The position numbers and the translations under genes were made by a program. 64,000 nucleotides of DNA, from assembly GCF_009914755.1 (NCBI RefSeq), contig NC_060925.1. One strand, given 5' to 3'. This document shows positions 28,677-43,930 of the stretch, piece by piece. Source of the stretch: the human T2T-CHM13v2.0 reference genome, Homo sapiens. The notes under the pieces were generated by a model. That model ran no database searches. It had not been told where the DNA came from and saw nothing but the letters and a program-made list of their open reading frames with translations. Each line of letters begins with the position of its first letter. Positions within the stretch are counted from its first letter, which is position 1.

Positions 28677-30084
28677 GACATTTTTCATTGGAATTTTTAT
28701 TTGGTGCAAACTTTGCCAACTGAACCTCAGTTTAATTTAGCAATGTTTACAGGTTAAAAGAGAAGTCACCCTCTTGAATTTGTAATAAATTAACGTGTAT
28801 TTCCTTGTAATTTCAACTTTTTTTCTTTGATTTATCATAAAGTACATACCTGACAGCAATCTTTTTTTTTAGATTTTTTTTAGCTGAAAGTTTCATTTAC
28901 GGTCTTTAAATTATTTTATTAAAAATCTTTTGGGGACTGGGACTGTGTCTTGAAGGCTTCTTTTGCATTTCCCATAATGATTAGCACACATTATGCACCT
29001 AGTAAGGGCTTGAGAAATTCTTGAGTTTGAATCTTTTTCCTTTTCTTTTTTTCCTTCATCCCTCCCTCCCTTCTCCCTGTCTTCTTCTCTTCCTTCCTGC
29101 TATATACTTTCTGCCTTCTTTCCTTCCTTCAATAAGCATCAATTAATTGAGTAGCTACTATACTCTGGGCTCCTTACAGGGAATTAGTATACAAAGATGA
29201 ATAAGATATGGATTTTAGGCTAAATAAAGGTTAAGGCACAGCAATATGGATGCTGTGGTGAGACCAGAACTGAAGCTCTCTCGGCCCTAGAGTGCTTGTT
29301 ATGGTATCACTTTGTGAAGACAAAATAAGAGAATTCAATGAGAAGATACCCCGGACACTGCCCACCATGGACACTACCTCTCTATGGTTAGCTGAATAAA
29401 GCCATGTGGGGAAACTGGTCTGTAAACTCTAAAGTGCTATGCAAATATATCATTACCATAAATGATGTACATGTCAATCCCCATCTCCACCAAATTATGA
29501 GTGGTGACATTAACTTATTGATCTCTGTTTCTTTAGTACATTATAGGCACACATAATAAACAATATATGTGTGTGAGTAAAATATTGAAGATTCACTTTT
29601 TAGTATTATAGTCATCATTACCAGTACATCAACTTGTATCTTGTTTTATTTTATTAGGATACTGATATAAGAAACCCAAGTTTATTCTTCCTTTGTGAGT
29701 GCTCTGATGACCCTGGCATGCCCAGTGGAGCTACCTGTGTGGATTGAACTGGAGCTCCTTTGCTCTTCGCTTGAACCCTAGGTCAGAGTTGGGGGAAATT
29801 GGCTAAAGCAAAAACCACAAACCAAAACCCAGGTAAACACAAACCCAATAGAAATCAGTTGTGGTTGAGTAGATTTGGTCAGAGATTATAAAGACTTAGA
29901 CCACTTGATTCCACCTAAACCAAACTTCTGAGTTATTAGTTTTTTTATATAACATCAAGCTCAGTTGTATTTATACAAAAAATATGGCAATAGAAGGAAA
30001 AAGCTTCCTTTGTTTTGAATTCCTCAAAGCTTTACAGGCTCTTCCTAAGGTTCCCATTTTGTGTCACTTGAGTAGATTATTTTT

Positions 30085-30300
30085 TTACTCACATGAACTG
30101 TGGACAGGCACTGTGATGGAGGCTTTACACACAAAATCTTCTTTTGATCCTGTACAAAAGCATGTGAGGTTGGTAATACTATTATCATCATCACCATTTT
30201 GATGAAGAAACTGGGAAAATGAGGCTGGCCCAGGGTTATACAACATTTAGGCCACATGACTAGCATTGAAGTCTCTGGCTCTAAAACATGTATTCTATAT
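30085..30300 (-). mobile_element. MIR
   Basis: CAGGCACTGTG...CCATTTTGATGAAGAAACTG...GGCCACATGACTAG. Confidence 0.7.
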
Positions 30301-30379
30301 TATGATTATTTAGATACATGCTTTTTTGTTTTGTTTTCTTACATTATCATTTCAAAGAATTCGTAAAAAACTGTATCAC

Positions 30380-30740
30380 AACTTTTTATTTTGAAAATTT
30401 CCAAACATACCGAAAAATTCAAGGTATATTATAATGAATATCCATGTACCCTCCAAATAGTTGAAGCAGTTATTAACGTTTTGCCACATTTGCTCTCTTT
30501 CTGTTTATACACACATATACACATTTTTCCCTGAACCATTTGAATGGTTGTGAGCTGAGGGGTTGATGATGACACATCATCCTACATTTTTCAGTATGCA
30601 TCCCCCAGGAGGAACAAAATTCTTTCTTATAACTGATAATACCATTATCCTTCCCCCTAAAAGTGACAGTAATTCCATATCATCTTATATCCTGTCCGTA
30701 TTCAAATCTCCAAATTTTCTTTAAGATTTTTTTTGTGACT
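30380..30740 (-). mobile_element. Old L1 (L1MC/ME) 3' fragment
   Basis: TTTTATTTTGAAAATTTCCAAACATAC...TATTAACGTTTTGCCACATTTGCT...CTGAACCATTTGA. Confidence 0.7.
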
Positions 30741-31043
30741 GTGACACACATGTCTGTGACTATGCTCTCCCTTAGATTTGACCCTCTGGGGACTTTGGAG
30801 GACTCAAGGTCTCCAAGCTTGGAGCCACACCATGGCCAATTAGAGTGACTATAGATTCCATCTCTGGTTTTACAAATTTTAGTCCAAGGGCCTTCTCCTT
30901 TTCTTCTCCTCCTTTTCCTCCTCTTTGTCCTGTTTCATTTCTTTTTGGCTTCAGTGTACTTAATTTTTGATAGCATCTAAAATATCAAATAATACTTATT
31001 CATGAAATAATACTTGAGATACTTTTTTATGCCTGTACTTCTA

Positions 31044-31388
<345 letters not shown>

Positions 31389-31589
31389 TTAAAGAACATT
31401 TAGAAAACCCACAAATTAGAAAGAACTATTTAAAATCTATTCTATTCCCTCCATCTACACTTAATAACTCATGCATTTTCTTCCAGGCTTTTTTCCTATA
31501 CACGAAATACTTAAACAATTAGGATAATATACACATATAATTTTGCACTCTTTTTTCTCACAAAATTTTGTAACAAGCGTATTTATTGC

Positions 31590-31910
31590 ACGATAGTGTG
31601 GGCTTTGGAGTCAGACTGTAGGAGTCCAAATCCTGATTTTGCCACCTATGAGTTATGTGACACTGGGTCACCATATAACTCATCACCAAAATGAGAACAC
31701 ACAGGAGAGTGAAAGGGGGCCCTATCAGTAATGAACCCAAGACATCAGGCATAAAGTGAGATTGCCAGAACTTATGGTCACCCACCTTGGCAAAATTGCT
31801 GATCTTAGAAGCTCAGTTTCCACATCTCACAAAAGATTCTTGTGACACTCAAATGAAATAAAGGACCACATAGCCCAGTGAGTGTGCAATAGACATTAGC
31901 TATTATTATG
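31590..31910 (+). mobile_element. MIR interrupted by MER94
   Basis: GGCTTTGGAGTCAGACTG...TGTGA | ACCTTGGCAAA...CTCAGTTTCCACATC...TAGCTATTATT. Confidence 0.8.
31664..31784 (+). mobile_element. MER94-like hAT-Blackjack MITE
   Basis: Termini GGGTCACCATA...TATGGTCACCC; internal GAGAGTGAAAGGGGGC matches remembered MER94 consensus. Confidence 0.8.
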
Positions 31911-32237
31911 GTTTTTGTAAACATCACTTTATACGGTGGCATGATACCCCACTGGAAGATGCTTCCCAGTTCATGTCATATAAAGGGGCATCTTTTTTAC
32001 AGTCTTCTAGTACTTCTTCCTCTACTCTTCACGGGTAGACTGAGCCATGGACCTTGCTCTGCATGAGTCCTGCCTGAGATTCTTGTGATATCTTTACTTG
32101 TAATAGGGTTACCCTTGGCTTATGCCCATTTCACAGAGTGTGAATCCTGAGGCTTCAAGGTCATAACTTTAGAAAGTGATGGAGTAGGCAGGCAAATCTG
32201 CTGTCTTTATCTCTATACTTATCACAATTTCTATCTA

Positions 32238-32558
<321 letters not shown>

Positions 32559-34979
32559 TTACTACCTCTAACAGCTGATGTAAATAAGGCAAAAGCATAA
32601 TAGGGTGAGACAGATTGGCATTCCCCACTTATCTACTCCTTCTCCTAAATAAGTCAATTTCAGAGCTCTGAGTGTGGAATCCATGCTCACCACCTCTGAG
32701 ATTAGCCTTTTACACTCCTCACCCACCCACCCTATAGCTCCAACAGAAGTTGGAGAGTGGGGGCCTGTTAGCTGCTGCTGGGCCCTACCCACCAGTGTGA
32801 GTTGTCTGTAAGACTTCTTTCCACTTTGGTTAAGGATGTGTGGTTTGGACGGTATATGTAATATCTATACATATATTAATATATAGTGTTAATTTTTTTT
32901 CTTTTGATAAAAAATATAAGATCCCAGAGGGCAGAGATAGCCTCACAACCAACATTTTATCACCATTGCCTAGGATAGGACATGACACTGGGTATCCTCA
33001 ATAAATATTTGTCAAATAATGAATGTATCCCTGAAAAAAGGAAAAAAGGGAACTGTATCTGAGGGTGTATACCTTTACTAGATCTTCTAGCTGGTCTGGT
33101 CATTGATGGTGACCATGATGCTTTTAATCAGTGAATATTGTTTTGAAAATAAAACAGGATTCAGTGTCCTCTTTTCCCATTGGGATAGACTGTCATCACA
33201 ATGCCATTCCAAATACAAATGCCATTCCAAACACTGGACATGATGCATAACCAATACTAACACATGCCATTTGAAGCTTTAACAAGACAGTCCTCCTTCA
33301 AATTTATAACAGTCTATGTTTAAAAACCTGACAAAACCAAAATGTGTTCTCCATAAATTATAGTGGCACCATTCCTGCTGCCGAAGTGAAGGTTGTGTCA
33401 GCATTTCCATTATTCTGTGGATCGCTGTGTTTCAGGGCTTTAGTTCTTGGCTATAAAAATGCACCTTGGGTTTAAAACTGGCAAGGAACACCTCAGCCTT
33501 GGAACAAATTTCCTTCACCAAATTTTGAGAGCAAAACCAATTTGTTTATTTCCCCCTTTGTCAATGACTTTTGTGAAGAGAATCATCCATGAATTTCATT
33601 TCCAATTTCATTTTTTAAAAGCTGGATAGTTTCAGATTTTCACTGAACAATGGTAAAGTATTGTTTTTGGTGTCAGGAGAAGAAAATAAAATTTGTAAGC
33701 CTTGCTTTTAAGGAACTACATTGTTCTAAAACCAGCCACCCCCCTCCTCCCCATTCTGATTTCATTAAGAAGGGTTAACAATGGTTTTATTTTGACATGG
33801 CAAATCAGATGGCTACGGTTGGTGGTGAAATTTGATTATGTGATTAGGTTAATAACCTCTCAACAACAGACCTTATTCTGTAGCTACTTGTTAGGTATAA
33901 TTTCCCATTGGCTTCCTGGAGAAATCATTTAGTATAACTGTTCATACACTTAATTAAATTTCTTTAGTTTCATTTAAGCATGTATTTATTTGTGGTCCCT
34001 TGGGCAAGTAACATTTTTCAATATGGTTCTTGATAGTGTTAAAAAATTTCAGTTTTTAGAGAGGGAGCTGCAACTAGTAATTTAGTGCAATAAAACATTT
34101 AAATGGCTTTAAGGTTTTGATCTTCATTCCTCTAAACCAAGGTTTCCTCCAAAATCAGAAGTTCTTATGTCAAGTTTTATTGATTTTTCTTGAATTTTAT
34201 CTGTAGATGCATGTATATACTTCTGCCTTAATTACATTATTTGGTTCTCAATAAGCACCTGTGCTATCCAATTACAAGGCGCAGAGGGAAGGGATATAGC
34301 CCACCCCAGTGGTAGGGAGGACTTCCCAGAGGAGGCAATGCCTGGTCAGAATCTCATAGCATAGGTAGGAGTTAGCTAGGCTTGGAAGGGAAAAATGCAT
34401 TATAAGTGAGGAAGACAAGAGATATTCTTAAATAAAAGGTCAAAAGGTGTCACGAGATCATTTATTTTCTAGGTTTAAGCAAGATACAATTTTGGAGATA
34501 TGCAAATTAATGGCTTACTGTGAAGCCATTAGAATTAATACTTTTATTTTTCTTAATCAGGGATTCTGTGCTGCTGAGATCATTACAGAAGCAACAGTAG
34601 CAGGTGGCCTGGCCATATAGGGATTCCTTACTCGCAGCAGAGAATGTTGCTGCCACTCAAAGTCACCAGGGGCTGAAGAGCTCCTGTGGAGACCCACATC
34701 ATCTAACAACACACATGCTCAAAACAGGGAAATGTGCATTTTCAGGAGAGGAAGAGACCAACCTTTTGTTTAGCTAATTGGCATGACAGAGTGTGACATA
34801 CACGTGCTCCTGGAAGAATGGTGTGGGGTGTCTGCACTCAAAATCTGGAGCATAGGCAACTGGATGAAGGGCTCTGTGGCATTGATTTTCATTGTGTGTG
34901 TGTTAATATTTATATTTGTAATTAAATAAATAATTGAAATTATGCTGAATTGAAAAAAGATTGTGAGGTTTAATGGGAC

Positions 34980-35005
34980 TGTGTGTGTGTGTGTGTGTGT
35001 GTGTG
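34980..35005. repeat. (TG)13 microsatellite
   Basis: Directly visible. Confidence 0.97.
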
Positions 35006-35479
35006 ATTATTACTAAAGAAAAGGTCTCAAGGTGATTAAACTGTTCAGATAAGGATAAATATAGTGTCCCCAGCCCCACCCTCCAAAGTGTAATTCTTGA
35101 GCAGTTTCTCATGCCAAGTTCCGGGTGGCTGAATAATAAGAGATAGTAGTTAATCGCCACCTGGGAGAGGGAGTGGGAACTAAGGCAACAGATGTAAAAA
35201 GTTAAGCAGATGCCCTGCACATGGGGAGGGGGTCAATGTGCCTAATGTTCTATCTGACCAGGACTGATGTGGGCGGAGGGCCTGGGGCTGTGGCTGCCAC
35301 TCCCCGGGTGAGAGGTGAGGGGCCTGAGAACAGGAGCCAGCTGCTTTCACTTGCTCCCAGGCCTCACTGTCCCAGAGTGGCCAAGCCCACTTCTTGAAAT
35401 AACCAGCTGCCAGGACCCCTGGGACGGCGGGAGACGGGAGAGGCTTCCTGCCCTAGTGTGAGGAACTGAGCCACCGACC

Positions 35480-35496
35480 TGACCACTAGGAGGCAG
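35480..35496 (+). promoter_or_regulatory. Candidate CTCF site
   Basis: TGACCACTAGGAGGCAG vs CCASYAGRKGGCRS consensus (1 mismatch), in unique GC-richer DNA; binding not shown. Confidence 0.5.
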
Positions 35497-35624
35497 GATC
35501 ACATTACCTAACTCACTGGCAGGCTCACCCAGGGGCCTGGACGCCTTTGAAAAGAATCTGCTTGCTCTGGGTCCAAGAGTAACCCAGCCCTGGTTCATCA
35601 AGAACAATAAAGAGAAGGAGTTTG

Positions 35625-35800
35625 CCTTTGAATTCTGGCTCTGACACTTACTATCTGTGGGACCCTAGAGAAGTCACTAACCTTTGCAAGCCTCAGTTAC
35701 CTCATCTGTAAAATGGAGGCAGTGATGTCTGCCCCTCAGGGTGGTTGTGAGGATTAGAAATGGCACACAGTGGGTCCTTGGTAAGTAACAGCTATTATGT
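35625..35800 (+). mobile_element. MIR
   Basis: GAATTCTGGCTCTGACACTTACT...CCTCAGTTACCTCATCTGTAAAATGG...GTTGTGAGGATTA. Confidence 0.85.
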
Positions 35801-37554
35801 GCAAAAAGGGTGCTCATGAAATTTGTCCCCACAAACATGCCTAAATCCTCCCTACCCACATACCACTTAGGCAGATACAATTCGGTTTGGGCAGCTTAAG
35901 AGTAACAGGGTTGGAAACTTGAGCCCTTGGTACGAAGCCCCCAGCTGCTCCCTTTGGAACATGCTGAAAGGGATGGAGAAAGCTGCAGGGACTCCATATG
36001 CCAACTGCCCTGGCAGGACCCTGCCCGAAGGGTCGCAATCTCTGTCCTGTTTTGGGAAACAGAATCGTGTGTCCTTAATCCTCCTTATGGGAAAAAGTTG
36101 GGCAATGGAGTCCAGGCGAGAACGCCAGAGCTTGGATTCTACTGGGTCAGTGAACAAACACGTGCCCCTCAGGGGTGGAGTTGGAGGCTGAAGAGGCATT
36201 TGAAGAAAAAGACCCAGTGGGTGTAGGTGGCCCCTTGCAGGTCAGCCACCTGAGGGCTGTCTACCCTGCTACTCCCCTGTCTTACAAGTGTTAGAGCCAG
36301 AAGAGACCTCGGGCTCAGTGGTGCCCACAGATGGGTTTTATTTGACCTGTGTTTCCCACACTTCCTGGCAGCTCAGGCTCTGGATAGGGAGTCAGAAGAC
36401 AGCTTCTGCCTTACGTTGCCTTTCAAAACTATGACTTACTCTCATTGACGCAAACTGATTTGCATCCAAAACCCTAGCTGTAAGGAAATGAGAAATGTGG
36501 TATTTGATGTTGTGGTCTCTGAAGGACAAAAGGCCACCCAGAAAAAGAGGGGGAATGTGGGAGCCAGCACCCCCATATCCTTCACAGGTGCCAACATGGA
36601 AGGAATCCAGAGCTTTCACAAGAAAGTCCAGCTTTTCTGGGCAACTTAGAAGACCTGATAGCAGTGGGCTGTCACTCTCACATCGGCAGTCTGCTGGTGT
36701 GAAGCGGTGGCTGCGCCCCAGCTGGGCTTTTGCTCTCCCATTCTCCCCAAGCACCACCAGCCTGGCCCCTGACAGCCGTGGAGTTTGCAACCCCCACCTT
36801 AGAGACTGGACCCCTCTTCAGGTGACGGCTTGGTTTAGCCTCTTGCCTTATGGATAAAGAAAGCAGGGCCAGGCGAGAGGACTTCCTCTGGGTTCTGTGG
36901 CCCTCGGTTGCCACTGTGGAGGCTGGAGCTCATCCTCCTGATTCTCCAGTGCCCCCTGTTTTCACCACATTGTTCTGCCTCCACTTGGTGTTATATAAAC
37001 CGTGGCCTGAGTAGGGGACACGAATAGTGGAATCCCATGGATGCACTTTCCATGTCAAGCTTGGCAGGACTCACTTTTGGGATGGCCTCACAGTATCCAA
37101 TTGGTGGTCCTGAGTTTTCAAACAACAGTTAAATTATGTTCTTTATTCTCTCTTTTAAAAGGCAAGGAAGAGTGTAACATATTTCCCACAAAACGATTAA
37201 CATTTAATAAAAAGTTTTAATGTTATCAGGAAGATTAGGCTCTCCAGAATGATTCATTCCCAGAGGGTTTCAGATGGCCACAGTTTTAGTAAAATTGCTC
37301 TCATCTGGAGAGCACCTTTCACTTACCCAAAGCATTTTCATGTGTGGCGATGCATTGCAATCTTTAACATTTTTTTTTTAATGTTTAAATCATGTAATCG
37401 TCCTTTAAATGAAATCTTACTTGAAACCTCAATATATAATGGAGCTACAAACAGAACAGTTCTAGGTGAAGCTGGGCTGAGAGACTCTGAATCCCACCCA
37501 TGGACTCCCTCGCTTCCCACCCACCCTGGAGGCGCCGCCATGCAGCCTAGGTCC

Positions 37555-37712
37555 GGGCTTCTCCACACCTGCTGTCTCTCATCCACAGAATGCAGATTCC
37601 GTGGCTTCATATTGCCCCGCTGATTCCAATCTCGGAGTTGAGGCCTGGGCATCTGCATTTTAACAAGCCCACACAAGGTGGTTTTTATGCATTCCGAAGC
37701 TTGAGAAACTCC
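37555..37712 (+). mobile_element. MER5A-like hAT-Charlie MITE
   Basis: GAATGCAGATTC...ATCTGCATTTTAACAAGCCCC...GCTTGAGAAACT. Confidence 0.75.
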
Positions 37713-38144
37713 ATCCTAGGCTTCCAGGGAGCATCGTTTGTAAACTCATTCCTTCTGTTTTGACATAAATTGAGTAGGTATTATTATCCTGATTTTACAG
37801 TTGACACTATGTTTGCCCAGGGTTGCACATTTCACTGGTGGGGACAGAAGCTAAACCCTGGGCCCTTCAACATGGTGTATCCCCTGCATTCTTCCCATCA
37901 GACCATGCGGCAAGAATGGATAGAATGGGGTAAGCACCTGACACCATGTGAGCCCAGGCCCACATTCTATCAAAGGGGGTATCAAAGGCCACCAGATTGT
38001 CTCTAGCCCTTTCCCTATCTTTCTCGGAGAAAGGAGAAAGGTGTCACACAATGGATGGAGTATGCCAGTCACATGGGTCTGAATTTGGATCCTCCCCTTC
38101 CATTTCCCAGTCATGAGCCTCAGTTATAAAGATTAGAAAGCATA

Positions 38145-38767
<623 letters not shown>

Positions 38768-40171
38768 AACATGTAAATGGCCTAGCAGATGCCTCACCTC
38801 AAATGCTTAATAAATTGAGAGCTGTTATTGCTCTTACCCTTAAAGTGTGGCCTCGTGCAAAGAGGGGCCCTGTGTAGACGACTGTCCTCTTGTACCTCTC
38901 TGGGTCAGGTCCCTGGTAAGCAGACTGTGTCATCCCCAGCAGCAAGGCCCACAGGCGTAAATGTGGGACAACTAGGGTCCCACAGGACACCGCTAACAGG
39001 AATGTCCTGGTCCGGAGCACAGATTGTTCAGAGAAAGAGCCATGTCCATGAAGCAAAGAGGGATTCGTTCTCCTCTGTGGCTTGGCCTCCGCCTGCGGGG
39101 AGACCTTCGTTTTGTAAATGGCTCATTTCCCTCACAGCATCACCCACCTTCCCCGAGTCACTGCCACCTTTTCATATGGATCATCAAGAGTTGGAAGGGG
39201 GCCTGGGGATCCCAGGACTGGCTCCACGCCACTTGTATCCTTCAGCTAATCCCCCCAGTGGGACGATGGCCCAGGAGAGCGGCTAGCGGGCCCCAGCATC
39301 TGCCCCAGCTTCCTGAACCAGGATGACAGGCTCTGTAAGTGAGCCTCCTTCCAGCTCCAGGCAGCCGCCCGGCGGGTCCTCAAGGCCCGCTACCCTATAC
39401 CCTACAGCTGCATCTCCACTCTCTGATGGGTGCAGTAGCCTTCCTGTGAACAGGTGTCCCTGAGTGGGAGCCTTTCAGGGTAGCCTTCCAAGGCTGCTTC
39501 TCATGGCCGTGACCCAAAAGGGGAGGATCTGCATCCCAGGCCCACATGGGGGCGTGGACGATACCGGTGCTCAGAGTGGGCCACTCCTGGATTGAAGAGA
39601 GATGGCATTTGGGGCAGTGTGAGCCTGAAAGAGAAACTGCCTCCTAGGAAAAGAAGGCAATTGGGCCACGACTCAGAGAGGATGTGCAGAAAGGAGGGGA
39701 GGAATAAGAACGAGGATCCCAAGCAACCCCTCGTCCACTGTGCCGGCCCGGGGTCATCTCTGCAGCAGGAAGCTGACTGGTACTTCCTCACTCCCCATAT
39801 GGAGGAGTCACACTGGTCAGCTTTTCCAAGTCACCTATCCAGGCCCCCAGCCCTTCATGTACCCCCTACTTCTCTCATCAAATCTCTGTGCCCAGAACGC
39901 CATCTTCCCTTTCACAGAGAACTCAACCCACCCACTGGACTCCAAGCTTCTGGCCTCTGTGGTGAACCCCAGGGAGGTGAAGCCCTCTTTCCTCCCTGCT
40001 CCTAGAGCCTGGGACCCTTCCAAGATATAACACTCTCACATTGTTTCATACCTCTTGTGTGTATGTGTCTGTTTACACCCTTGATTGAACTTCTTGCCAT
40101 ATTATTTTGGTATTTCTAGTGTCTACTACAGAACTTAGCACACAGTAGGAGCTTAATAAATGTTTGATGAG

Positions 40172-40968
40172 AGGCCAAAAATATATGGAAAAATATTCCA
40201 CATCACTAATCATCAGAGAAATGCAAATCAAAACCACAACAAGATACCATCTCACACCAGTCAGAATGGACATTATTAAAAAGTCAAAAAACAACAGATG
40301 CTAGCCAGGCTGTGGAGAAAAGGGAACGCTCGTACATACGGTGTTGGTGGGAATGTAAATCCGTTCAGCCACTGTGGAAAGTAGTTTGGAGATTACTCAA
40401 AGAACTTGAAACAGAACTATCATTTGACCCAGCAGTCCCATTACTGAGTATATATCCAAAAGAAAACAAATCATTCTACCAAAAAGACATGTACTCACAT
40501 GTTCATTGCAACATTATTCACAATAGCATAGAGATGGAATCAACCTAGGTGCCCATCAATGGTGGATTGAATAAAGAAATTGTGGTACATATACACCATG
40601 GAACACTATGCAGCCGTAAAAAAGAATGAAATCATGTCCTGAGCAGCAACATGGAAGCACCTGGAGGCCCCCTGTCCTAACCAAATTAACACAAGAACAG
40701 AAAACTCAATACCATGTGTTCTCACTTATAAGGGGGAGTGAAACATTGAGTACTCACGGACATAATGATGCAAGAATAGACATTGGGACTATTAGAGGGA
40801 GGATGGAGGAAGGGAGGCAAGGGTTGAACAACTAACCGTTGGTTGGGTACCATGCTCAGTACCTGGATGATGGGATCATTCATACTCCAAACCTCAGCAT
40901 CACACAATATACCCAGGTAACAAACATGCACATGTATACATTGAATCTAAAATAAAAGTTGAAAGAAA
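40172..40968 (+). mobile_element. L1 3' end (old L1PA/L1PB-like), 5'-truncated, inserted in an L2 tail
   Basis: CATCACTAATCATCAGAGAAATGCAAATCAAAACCAC (ORF2 C-terminus) through AATAAAAGTTGAAAGAAAA; AAATGTT on both flanks. Confidence 0.92.
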
Positions 40969-41383
40969 ATGTTGAATGGATCGATGAAAACATTTTACAT
41001 GGAGCATCCCAGAACCTGTGCCACACAAAAGGATTGTATTCAGAGGTAAATAGGAATGGCCCTGCTGCCACCAACACCCCCAGCACATTCAGCACAGAAA
41101 TAAATGCACAGATATGGACTGGGGCAAGTGCTAGGACAGCAAACAACAGGAGGTTATGAGCCAGGAACAGGAACTCTGCTGGCGATTGGTGGTTGAGGAG
41201 GACCACTGGCCCTGAAGGGCCAGGTGGGGAAGAAAGCTGAAGAAAGGGCATGTGAGGGGTCAAGGCCCAGGGGGCAAGAGCTGGACCACCTGAAGGAACT
41301 AAAGGAGGAGAGATGTAGCTGTAGCCACATGAGCAAGAGAGAGAGGCCTAGAAGGGCCAGGAAGGACAAAGAGGCCAGGTCAT

Positions 41384-41442
41384 TAGGGCCTTTGAAAGAG
41401 AGTTTGCCCAGGACACTCTGATTGATACCTGTTGTCCCAGCA

Positions 41443-41479
<37 letters not shown>

Positions 41480-41840
41480 TTGAGATGGAATCTCACACTC
41501 TTGCCCGGGCTGGAGTGCAATGGTGCAATCTCGGCTCACTGCAACCTCCACCTCCTGGATTAAAGTTATTCTCCTGCCTCAGCCTCCTGAGTAGCTGGGG
41601 TTACAGGTGCACACCACCACACCTGGCTAATTTTTTGTATTTTTAGTAGAGACAGGGTTTCACTATGTTGGCCAGACTGGTCTTGAACTTCTGACCTTGT
41701 GATCGGCCTGCCTCGGCTTCCCAAAGTGCTGGGATTACAGGCATGAGCCACCGTGCCTGGCCCCCCGGCACATTATTAATAGCATCTGATTCACCCTCAG
41801 AAAGGTCTCAGTTTGGAGGATAAATTATAAGGTTGCCCTG
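41384..41840 (-). mobile_element. MER94-like MITE interrupted by Alu
   Basis: Reverse complement reads CAGGGCAACCTTATAATTTATCCTCCAAAC...GCTATTAATAATG...GGGACAACAGG...CCTGGGCAAAC. Confidence 0.75.
41443..41762 (-). mobile_element. Alu (Sg/Sc-like) with (TAT)n tail
   Basis: CTGACCTTGTGATC 2-bp deletion type; TSD CCCAGCATATTATTA / CCCGGCACATTATTA; about 12 TAT units at 41443-41480. Confidence 0.95.
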
Positions 41841-41867
41841 CTCATAGGCCATGTGAAGACATGGATA

Positions 41868-42221
41868 CAGTTGTCCCTTGATATCCTTGGAGGATTGATT
41901 CTGGGCCCGCCAGAGGATACCAAAATTTGTGGATGCTCAAGTCCCTGATATGAATGGCATCGTATTTGGATATAACCTGTATACATCTCCCTGTATACGT
42001 TCAATCATCTCTAGGTTACTTGTAATACCTAACACAATAAAGGCTATGTAAGTAGTTGTCATATTGTTTAGGGAATGATGATGACAAGGGAGAAAACTCT
42101 GTACAGGCTCAGCACAAAAGCATTTTTTTTCCCTGAATATTTTTGATCTGTGTTTGGTTAAGTCCACAGCTGCAGACGCCACAGAACGGATGAGGAACCC
42201 GTGGATATGGAAGGGTGACTG
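41868..42221 (+). mobile_element. MER2 (TcMar-Tigger)
   Basis: TA|CAGTTGTCCCTTGATATCC...GGATGCTCAAGTCCC...GGATATGGAAGGGTGACTG. Confidence 0.9.
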
Positions 42222-42933
42222 CACACATATGCTAAGCATAATGGAAAGCTAGTGAAGGGTTTTAAGCAGGGGAACAACATGACATTCATTGAACGAATGA
42301 GGATTGGAAGAACTCTTTTAATTGTAAAAAAAAAAAAAAAAAGTAGACCGAGGATAATGAGAGAAAGGAAAACCCTGAGGAAGAGGAGTGCTGCTTCCTA
42401 GCTGGGAAGAGCTGGAGTCGGAGGGAAGATCTTGGAAGTCACTGCATGCTGAGTGCATCATGTCTGGAACAGAGCTGGGGGCAAGTGTTAGGGTGATGTT
42501 GCCAGATGCCTTCTTAAAACAAAGAACTAAATAAATTCTAAAAGAGAATGAAGTGAGGCATTCTAAAACTGAACGGGAAGTAGGAGCAGTCAGGCCTTAC
42601 ATTTTATTTGGATTTGTGAATAAAAGCTGGGCTTCAAGTTAACTTCACTTATTGAATGCCTCCTCTAGGCTAGGTGCTACAAGAAAGAGAAGGAAGCACC
42701 AACTCAGGACCTGATGCAATCTAAGTATAGAGATGGAAATGATGTCTACCAATATACACATGTTATCACCTAATATAACCATATAATGATGTATAGTATC
42801 ATTCTATAAAAATATTTATCTATAAAGCTACATATTGAATATTATGCACACACTGTACATGCTATTATACATATTCTATAAATGGAAAAATTATTTCAAT
42901 GTATGAGAAAATGAAATAGAAATAAGAGGGCCA

Positions 42934-43329
<396 letters not shown>

Positions 43330-43438
43330 TCAGGAGAGTGATGTTGAGGCCATGGGATGAAGGGCTGATCCAGAAGGAAGGGGGTGAGGAGAGTGCAAGG
43401 ATTTCTAAGGAGAGAAATGGTGTGATTACAAGCTGCAA

Positions 43439-43693
<255 letters not shown>

Positions 43694-43709
43694 TCACAGG
43701 TTTAGCCTG

Positions 43710-43930
43710 AATCTATTGAGCACTTACCATATTACAGGATTGTTCTAAGTGCTTTATAAATATTTATCTGCATATTCTCACAACAACTGTATAAGATAGG
43801 CACATTTAATTCTAATTTTATAGGAGAGGGAACTTGGGCAGTGAGAAATTATCTGGCTAAGTTCACACAGTGAGGAAAGGACAAAATCAGAATTCAAACC
43901 CAGGTGGCCCTCTGCAGAGCCCATGTTCTT
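43710..43930 (-). mobile_element. MIR
   Basis: TATTGAGCACTTACC...TTCTCACAACAAC...GAATTCAAACCCAGG. Confidence 0.8.

Noticed and set aside
39250-39780. CpG island / promoter
   Set aside because: GC-rich but CpGs too sparse and patchy for an island
40312-40548. ORF resembling L1 ORF2 C-terminus (CWWECKSVQPLWK)
   Set aside because: Dead, frameshifted L1 fragment already annotated
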